From assembly GCA_964057225.1 (NCBI GenBank), contig OZ059898.1:15438001-15502000 (forward strand): a DNA stretch of 64,000 bases, read 5' to 3'. The notes under the pieces are model-generated. The model saw only the letters and a list, made by a program, of their open reading frames with translations. It searched no databases and was not told where the DNA came from. Source of the DNA: Auanema rhodensis (lineage: Eukaryota; Animalia; Nematoda). The number at the start of each line of letters is the position of its first letter. Positions within the stretch are counted from its first letter, which is position 1. The translations under genes and the position numbers were made by a program. Of the stretch, positions 41,354-64,000 are shown piece by piece.

Positions 41354-43417
41354 ATGGGAAAAGCTCATAGTAAAGATGTTGATCCAAAAAAGAAAAAGGC
41401 AAATAAAAAATTATTGCCAGAAGAAATAAAGGAATTAGAAGACAGAACGTATTGTCAGTTTATTTTCTCTTTTTTACTTTTTTTATTTTCATTTCGTTTT
41501 ACAGTTTCTCGTAAAGAATTGAAAAAATGGTACAAAGATTTTGTTCGTGATTGTCCAACTGGTGAATTGAAGATGGAAGAATTTCAGGTAACTATTAAGC
41601 GATTAACTTCTTCTTCTGTGCAGCTATTCCTCTTCATTTTTTCAATTTTCAACCAAATTTTACAAACAAAATTAAAAAAAAAGAACGTTAAATTAAATAA
41701 ATTAGAATCTATTTAAATTAAAATTAATACAGTAAAACAGAGAAAAAAAAAGGATAATTGTGATTTAGCTTTAATATAAATAAATCTTCTTTTTTCTATT
41801 ATAATCAATTACTGTTTGATATTTTTATTTTTTAGAATATATATAAACAATTTTTCCCAAATGGTGATCCGTCCAAGTTTGCAGCCTTTGTTTTCAACGT
41901 TTTTGATGATAATCAGGTAAACGAGGAAATATAATATGATTTAGTGCTAGTATTGGACTAGTTTATGAAAAAAAAAAAAATGTTATTTTGAAGGACAAGA
42001 GCAACTTAAATATTTCCAATTACAAGTTTTTAGCTTAAAACTAATTAGTAAACTTTTTTTCATAAATGGCGTATTTTACGTGAAACGTGAAAAGCATATA
42101 GTTTATTAGCATATATTGATTAAAAAACTAAAATATTTTATTTTGTTTTAGGATGGACATATATCTTTCAAAGAATTTATAGCTGCTTTATCTATCACTT
42201 CACGAGGAACTTTAGATGAAAAACTGGATTGTAAGTTCAAAGTTATTTCAATCTATTTCTTTATAATTATTATTAAAGGGGCTTTCTCTTTATACGATGT
42301 TGATAAAGATGGTTATATAACAAAGAATGAGATGGCAGATATAGTTGATGCTATCTATAGGTAAGAATATTGTTATTCCTTCTTCTAACATATCAAAAAC
42401 AGAAAAATGATTAGTATTCTTTTATATTTCATAGTCAGTTAGGCTTATTCTAAAAACCTAGGTTGGAGTCATGTTTGAGACTCTAATAGATCTTTGGTCT
42501 GAACCTCCCGTTAAGAATAATGTTAAAAACTGCAAAATTTTAAAATTAATTTTCGAATATTCAATAAGAATGACTGTTTTTACTTCATTTTTTTTTCTTT
42601 CAGTATGATAGGAAACATGCTGGAGCTTCCTAAAGATGAAGATACACCACAGAAACGTGTTGAAAAAATCTTTTCAAATATGGATAAGGTTTGTTATTTT
42701 AATTAAAGCATAATGAATAATATGCAAATGCTACCAAAAGATATTGAGATTTGTTTTCTTGATTATGTTTTTGTGTTGGTTGAACATTTTAAATTATTTC
42801 GAAAGATTAGTTAAAAAAAAAAGAAATGTATAGAAGGGAAAGAGAAGAAATAAAAGATAGTATACCACATTATATCGTTTATCATATATAAATATGAATA
42901 AAAATGATAAAATAAGATAATATATGAAAAAAATTGATAAAGTTAATCTTTTTTTTGAGAATTTCTAAGATATTTATCAAAAAAATAACCATTTTTGATA
43001 CATAATAGCTCAAGAAGTTACAAAAGAAATATGATGTGATTATTTTATCAATTAAAACTTAATTATCATATATAAATATTTATTTAATTTATATATATAT
43101 TTATATATAATCTATATAATCTATATAAATAATATAGTTAAATTTTAAATTGATAAATGATTACCTTCTTCAATAATTTATGTTATTGAAATATATAAAT
43201 AATTTTTTTTTGCAAAGAAAATTAAATTATGACGTTTTGAGCAGATTTAATTTTTTATAATTATAAACGATATAATTATATAAACTTATACATATGTATA
43301 TACATCACATATATATTTCAGAATTATGATGGACGTCTGACGAGGGAAGAATTCAAGGAAGGTTCAAAAGCTGATCCATGGATTGTACAGGCTCTCACTA
43401 TGGATATGGCTTCATAG
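41354..43417 (+). CDS. ncs-3: Neuronal calcium sensor (NCS-1/frequenin family), 7 exons
   Basis: Myristoylation motif [24 protein letters not shown]-hands [24 protein letters not shown] and [12 protein letters not shown], and [12 protein letters not shown]. The sequence matches recalled nematode NCS-3. Confidence 0.92.
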
Positions 43418-43565
43418 TTACCTGATTGATACATTTTTTAAATTATTTTTATTATTCTTTTAAAAGAAATAATAATAATAATATTAATAATAATAATAGA
43501 TTATTACATTTATTTCTTTAAAATAATAATAATAGTTTAATATCTTTTTCACATGGCATTGAAAC

Positions 43566-43574
43566 TCTCTTTCT

Positions 43575-43658
<84 letters not shown>

Positions 43659-43660
43659 CT
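43566..43660 (+). repeat. Compound (TC)n-(TATC)n microsatellite in the ncs-3 3' region
   Basis: Seen directly. Confidence 0.9.
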
Positions 43661-45089
43661 GCTCTTTTCTATCTCTCTGTGAAAATTGTTTTTTTTTTGA
43701 AAAAGCTAGTTAATTCTGCGATCAATTGGCCCTAAAAAAACTGCTACTGACAATTTTCTTGTGCTTCTTCAGCCCTTCTACTGGTATTTTAAATTCCAAT
43801 TACATAGTCAATTTGGGCAGAAGAATGTAAAGTCTAGATGAATGTAATTCAAAAGAAATGGTATTGCTTTTATTTTTTTATCTTCAAATTAATACTTTTA
43901 TGCTTTTCTGAGATTTTTTTAAAAACAACTTCAGGTATGATCTTATATGTTCAAATTCTCTTCCCCAATCCACTATCAGCCCTATCATCTTTTTCATTTT
44001 TCAAAAAAAAAAGAAAAAAAAAGAAGATTTTTGCTTATTTTTCCTTTTCATTAATTTACAAAAAATGTATATTATACTATTAAAATTATATAGTTTATTA
44101 AATGATCTCTTGTAATCATTTCTATTTTCATCTCTTTCTTTGTCTTCTTCACAGAATTGTAATAGCTTTCATCAAATACATATATTATAATTCTATAGAC
44201 ATAAAATTGATATAATCTATACATATAAATATATTTTTAAAAATTATATTTTCAATACTTTGACGTTATTTTTCAAATAAAATGAACAAATTGTCATTTG
44301 GTTATTAAAATAAAAAGCTTTCATTTAGTATAATAAACTACTATATCATATAATTAACAGTTATAATTATATAAATAAATATTTTCTATACTATATACAC
44401 ATATTACACACAGCTGAGCACAAATCATCAGATTGGAAATAAGCATGTAGTGTCCTTTGGTTGTCATGAGATAACTGTGCTCACACACAATGTACAATGA
44501 AGCTCATCGATAGACTGCAATCACTAACTGATTTGGCTTCCAATGAAAATCAAAATACACAGCAACTTCAAAGATCATGTTACATATGAACTATATGTAT
44601 GATTACTTTCATTCTATTTGACGATAACACATTGAGTTGTGCTTGATTCAATGTCAACAGCTTGATGGGATCAAAAGGAAACTTGTCACACAGTAAATAT
44701 TCCAAGAGTTCCTAGACGTATTCTATTTGAAAATGTAAAAATTACTTGACATTTTCTTATTTCACTTATATTATATTTATAAAATAATATAAATATAAAT
44801 ATTATTATTCGTAAACAATTTTGTAAACATGTTGCTATCTTTGTATTTTCTCTTTCGTAGTCAAGACTCATATCATTCAAAGTACAGCTGACCAAGAAGC
44901 TATCAAATGGACGATTGTTAATGCTTTCACCCAAACACACAAAATATAAAAAAGATTAATTTACATAGGATACGTCATTAGCACGTGGAACGTGCTACAA
45001 GGTGCCATTGATCTCATTTTATTTTATGTGGTGCAGTGATTGTTAACGGTTGTTGTTGAGTATTATTACCTTTCATCGTTTACCTTTAA

Positions 45090-45092
<3 letters not shown>

Positions 45093-45162
<70 letters not shown>
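45093..45162 (+). repeat. (TC)n microsatellite
   Basis: Seen directly. Confidence 0.9.
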
Positions 45163-45171
<9 letters not shown>

Positions 45172-46271
45172 ATATTTCTCAATATCTTCATATCAATCAA
45201 TGGTCAAAATTTTAATTTATTTGAAAAAATAAATTTCATGTTATTTTTATATTTTATGTTATTTAAACAATAATTATTTACTTTACTTCTTCTCATCCTC
45301 ATATTTTTTTTCTTATACTCTTTGATATCTAACTATGTATTTGACATTATACCTTTACGTTGATAAGATACGATCTTAAAATTGATTGCTTACCATTTAA
45401 GTACTCAATAGATATATGATTTCCTTCAAAAAGAAAAAAAGAAATAATTTATTTAACTATTCGTCATCATCTCTTTTCCATACATATCCTTCTTCTTTCT
45501 TTTCTTTTTATACTTTTTCTATATGTACTTTCTAAATCTACTTATCTTACTAATCTCACTTTGATAGATCTGATCTACTTTGATTGAACTTTTTTATAAG
45601 AAAAATATCAAAATAGCTATTATAATCAAATTCTATTTATAGTTTTTTTCATTTTTTTATTCTTTTCATGAATTATGTGTAAATTTATATTTATATAATG
45701 AATATAATTTAGTTCAATTACCTTGGATAATTGAATGTCTCTTCGAATTTTCTAAAATAAATCTTTTTTTTTTTGCTCAAACTTTTCATATTTTGGCTTA
45801 TAATCAAGCAAATAAAATAATCAAATTCTTTATCAAATGTCTTGTCAAATTCCAAGACATGTAAATTGATAAATGATTTAATTATTATGAAATCCAATCT
45901 ATTTTCTGAATCTTTCTACTCATCATCAATGAATTTGTTTCGAAATCTATTCATATTCTGATGATTTTAATTGAATTCCTTATACTTTAAGCTCTGAAAT
46001 ACAATATGATTTGAGAAATAATTCAATTTTTCTCAATAATTTATAATTAAACGCAAATATCAATTTTCAAATATTATTCTTAAATACTTATATCATCTTC
46101 AGACTTTTCAAATTCATCTTTTTGCCGTCAAACTGTATTTACTTTTCTTTCTCATCAAGACTGCAATCATCTGAGATTATTCTCAGATTTTTTCAGAAAC
46201 ATCTACTTAATATTTCATCATAACTAGTCTTTCAGTTAAAACATACATTATCACCGCCTGTCTAAGTTCAT

Positions 46272-53223
<6,952 letters not shown>

Positions 53224-53409
53224 TTAATAATTAATTTTCATTAAACTTGATGTCGTATTTAAGCTATAGTGTTTTAGAATAATATTAAATATCATATTTT
53301 ATACTTTATGAATAATAAAATTCAAAAAATATACTTTCGAACTTCAAATTTTAATTGGAATATGTGTTTATAAATAAAAACAAGCAAGATTGAGAAAAGA
53401 AAAAATGTA

Positions 53410-53481
53410 TGCGTTCGGGGGGAATCGAACCCCCGTCGAATGCTTGGAAGGCATCCATGCTGACCATTACACCACGAACGC
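53410..53481 (-). tRNA. tRNA-Gly(UCC), copy 1
   Basis: GCGTTCGTGGTGTAATGGTCAGCATGGATGCCTTCCAAGCATTCGACGGGGGTTCGATTCCCCCCGAACGCA, with a T-run terminator downstream. Confidence 0.96.
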
Positions 53482-53575
53482 TACATTAACGTTGACTCAA
53501 TTCTTCATTAGAGCGTCGAATATCAATCTGCGAGACCTAATTTATGAAAACAGTATTGAGAATTAATAAAATATA

Positions 53576-53647
53576 TGCGTTCGGGGGGAATCGAACCCCC
53601 GTCGAATGCTTGGAAGGCATCCATGCTGACCATTACACCACGAACGC
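53576..53647 (-). tRNA. tRNA-Gly(UCC), copy 2
   Basis: Identical 72 nt to the copy 166 bp away; the flanks differ. Confidence 0.96.
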
Positions 53648-54430
53648 TACGTATTATCTTAAACGGGATATGAATATCCAAGAGGCTGAAGAGTGACCAT
53701 GAGAATATAAGATGAATGTATTTGAAAATCATCTGAATGACCTTAATACGTTCTTGCCACTATATCTATATGGTCGATAATTTTTTGTTTGATGAGAAAT
53801 AAATGATCTTCGTTCGATTTAAACATCTTCACGCAATCTTCGAAAGTTTTTTTTTGTTACAAGATAACACCTGATAAAAAGGCGTCAATGCTGCCGCTCC
53901 TATAGTGTGCATAGTTGTAGTTCAATGGACGGAGAATGTTTGTCGCTGGCAGAAATAGTGATGAAATAGACGATGACGATGATGATGGTGTTGATGAAAA
54001 CGGCATATTCATAGAACAAATAATACTGGTTAACCTTGAATTTTACCTCACTCGTACTCTAGTCAGCAGAATTACACATTGGCTAATGTTTTTCAGTTCA
54101 AACATCAGTCTGTATCTCCATTTTAGTTGCTAACATTCACAAGCTCACACTGCCTAAACTGTTCTCTATACATAGGTCCTGCTATACAAACTTCTCTCTT
54201 TGTGTGTTTATCACAACCTTAAATCAAGCTTACACCGCTTTTTTCACAAAATTTTCGAAAAAAAATGAACCAAATAATCAATATACTATCGGTGTTTTGT
54301 ATCCCTATTTTATTCTTTTTTCTTTTACTTTCTCATTCTATTTAATCACACTTTCGAAAACTTTTTTTTGCTGAGATGTAGTATTCACATTTTCTTATTC
54401 ATGTATGTTTAAACGAAAGGAGATCTATAG

Positions 54431-54438
<8 letters not shown>

Positions 54439-54486
<48 letters not shown>

Positions 54487-54499
54487 GAGAGAGAGAGAG
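54439..54499 (+). repeat. (GA)n microsatellite
   Basis: Seen directly; opposite polarity to the upstream (TC)n tracts. Confidence 0.9.
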
Positions 54500-54908
54500 T
54501 AGTGGTGGATAGGAGGTGCGCCAATCCAGCGTGTTTCTTCTCTCTTTCTCTCCTATATCTTATAATCTTCCTCTATCTGTCTAACTAACGAGTATGACAA
54601 CGCTTATCAGACTTATATTCTCTAGTCTCAATATCTCATAACTAAAAAAAAAATATTTTTATACTAATAATCATATGAATTGTTGCTGCTTACTTGCTTG
54701 TATTATATGATTTAAGACAACATTTCCGGCTATGTTAGCTGTCATTTTCAAGAAAATACGATGACTTTTCAACTTAATTCTTAGTTCTTGTATTTCATCA
54801 TACTTATTGTTTGTATCATAGTAAAAGAGGGGCGGATCTTTGCCTATAGCTTTGGCGTCGCATCGATTGCTCACCGCATTACTAAAACATATCAAGTGCT
54901 TTCCTTCA

Positions 54909-54968
54909 TTGTTGCTGTCGCTGCTGCTACTGCTGTTGCTACTGCTGTTAGTGCTGCCGTTGTTGCTG
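54909..54968 (+). repeat. Degenerate (GCT/GTT)n trinucleotide tract
   Basis: ttgttgctgtcgctgctgctactgctgttgctactgctgttagtgctgccgttgttgctg. Confidence 0.7.
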
Positions 54969-55281
54969 ATTTTGCTCTTGGCTTATACTGCTCCATTGAT
55001 TTGAATTCGAAAATTTTCGATTTCTATTTGATAAAGAACAAAGAATATCAGACTTCTTGAATTCGTCATCGATCTTCAAGTTCGTTTCGAAACACACATA
55101 CATCGTGTATTTTCGAAACGTTTATAGCTTTGGCCTTTCTTCAAACAAGATAAAACGTCTATTGAGACATTGAATTTGCAATTTTTCTTTTATTAATTAT
55201 TATTATTATTATATATATAATATATATTATTGATTTTATTCTTCCTTACAGGGTTCTTGGCCTATTTCAATCACCGTTGCA

Positions 55282-62555
<7,274 letters not shown>

Positions 62556-63618
62556 AGAAACTTATACTTATTGAAATAAAAAGTTAAAAAAATCAATAAT
62601 TGTATAAATAATTATTTTTGTTATTAATTGTTATTTTATAACTTTTAATGTTATATTAATTACATACATAAATCATGCATCTCGGATCAATATTTGATTA
62701 TTTTTATTAAAAATAAATTTAATTATTGTTTGTTTATTTATTTGTTTGTGGTATTATTAGAGAATAAGTTTAAGTTATATCATATTTGGGAAAATCTTAT
62801 TTCAATGAATATTCTTGAGATTCTATAACACAACTGCTAAAGTTGAAATTTAAAATTCTACGTAAACTAAATGTATTTCTAACTTATATAATACATGTGT
62901 TTAAGCTATAATCAAGTTGGTTCAAGTTGTAAGTTGGATAATAAGTTTAAAAACTTTTAATAAAGCAAATGAAAAAGATACAGCATATTGATTGAAAACT
63001 AAAAAGAGGATATAACACTCGTAATATAGGAACTTGAATACTGATTTCTCATATAATACAAACACATATGATATCAATAAATTGAAATTAAAAAAAAAGA
63101 AAAATAGAAAGATATGTATAATTACAATCAAATTGTTCAATTTTTTGCACAAAAATATCTGAATGATTAAGTTGGAAGATAAATTTCGAGGTATATGTAT
63201 CATATTGGAATAGTAAAAACAATAAAAACAAACAAAAATAATGACTATTAGAATGAATATGAAACTTGAGCTTAATGTTATGAATAAATAAATCAAAAAT
63301 TAAGCTTTAACGGTACTTTTAAGCTTAAGATGAACATATCAAATGAGAAAATGTTGCCCAAGTTTTAGATGAAAAAAAATAATTTTCATGAAAAATAACA
63401 TTACAGCACCGGATCCTGAGTTCAATTGATGGAATAGCTCTCGGAAAATGATTTAAGATAAGGTACAAAGAGCTATTTTGGTTGAAAAAAGAAAAGAAAG
63501 AAAGATACAACAATAGGCCATTGAAACAAAGCTTAAATGACACAGATGCAGAGAAATTATCGAATTACAATGAAATCATTGATGTCCACGTAAGAGTTTC
63601 GGAAGTTGTTTGAGATTT

Positions 63619-63964
63619 CTATCCGACATGTGGACGTTCTCGTCGGAATGACACATGATTCTCACTGAATACTTCTCGCACTGGCTCGATATGAGGTAAA
63701 GCACCGAATGGACATTCCTCTGTAATTGAGGAAATTAATAATTTTTTGAATTTAATTCAGTTTTTACTTACCAATGATACTGATTCTCGTAGCTGGACAA
63801 TCTGTCATAGGCTTGTGTTGTGGCTGCTGCTGCTGCTGAGGGAGATGATGCTGTGGCTGAGAAGTCGGCCGGATATTAGATAGATCGGAAGCAAGAGGTG
63901 AAATAGGTGTTGATGTATGATTGGGTGGAAGAATTTTCTCAATATCATTGAAATCAAGATATTC
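63619..63964 (-). CDS. Last two exons of an unidentified gene entering from the right edge
   Basis: ttatag|EYLDFNDIEKILPPNHTSTPISPLASDLSNIRPTSQPQHHLPQQQQQPQHKPMTDCPATRISII, a gtaagt...ttacag intron, then EECPFGALPHIEPVREVFSENHVSFRRERPHVG*. The frame is preserved across the intron. Confidence 0.7.
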
Positions 63965-64000
63965 CTATAATAATTAATAATATTAAGATTCTGAATATTC

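Noticed and set aside
37864-45273. ORFs with SLSLSL or ERERER runs
   Set aside because: Translations of (TC)n microsatellites with no exon structure.

Overview
AT-rich, intron-dense eukaryotic DNA with mostly 40-55 nt introns. A cuticle collagen, cebp-1, ncs-3 and trans-splice-like acceptors point to a rhabditid nematode, probably not Caenorhabditis given the degenerate splice sites. The left ~30.7 kb is gene-dense: a partial gene, UDP-glucose pyrophosphorylase, DHX33 helicase, cebp-1, a secreted EndoU nuclease, a cuticle collagen, an ELP4-MTG1 operon-like pair, a ZNF800-like zinc finger gene and cyclin H. The right ~33 kb is gene-sparse and rich in (TC)n/(GA)n microsatellites. It holds ncs-3, two tandem MRP/ABCC transporters (mrp-3-like), three tRNAs and the 3' end of an unidentified gene. 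The strongest signal is the MRP pair. Both nucleotide-binding domains and an intracellular coupling loop are almost identical between copies, introns included, while the transmembrane domains have diverged. One homogenised tract breaks at an intron present in only one copy. The homologous enlarged intron holds an 11-bp-phased E-box/HRE array in one copy and a GATA cluster in the other. Also notable are a GT-GG intron in MTG1, two GC-AG introns and many AAG acceptors. All gene models were spliced by eye, and homologue names come from recalled protein motifs, not database searches.
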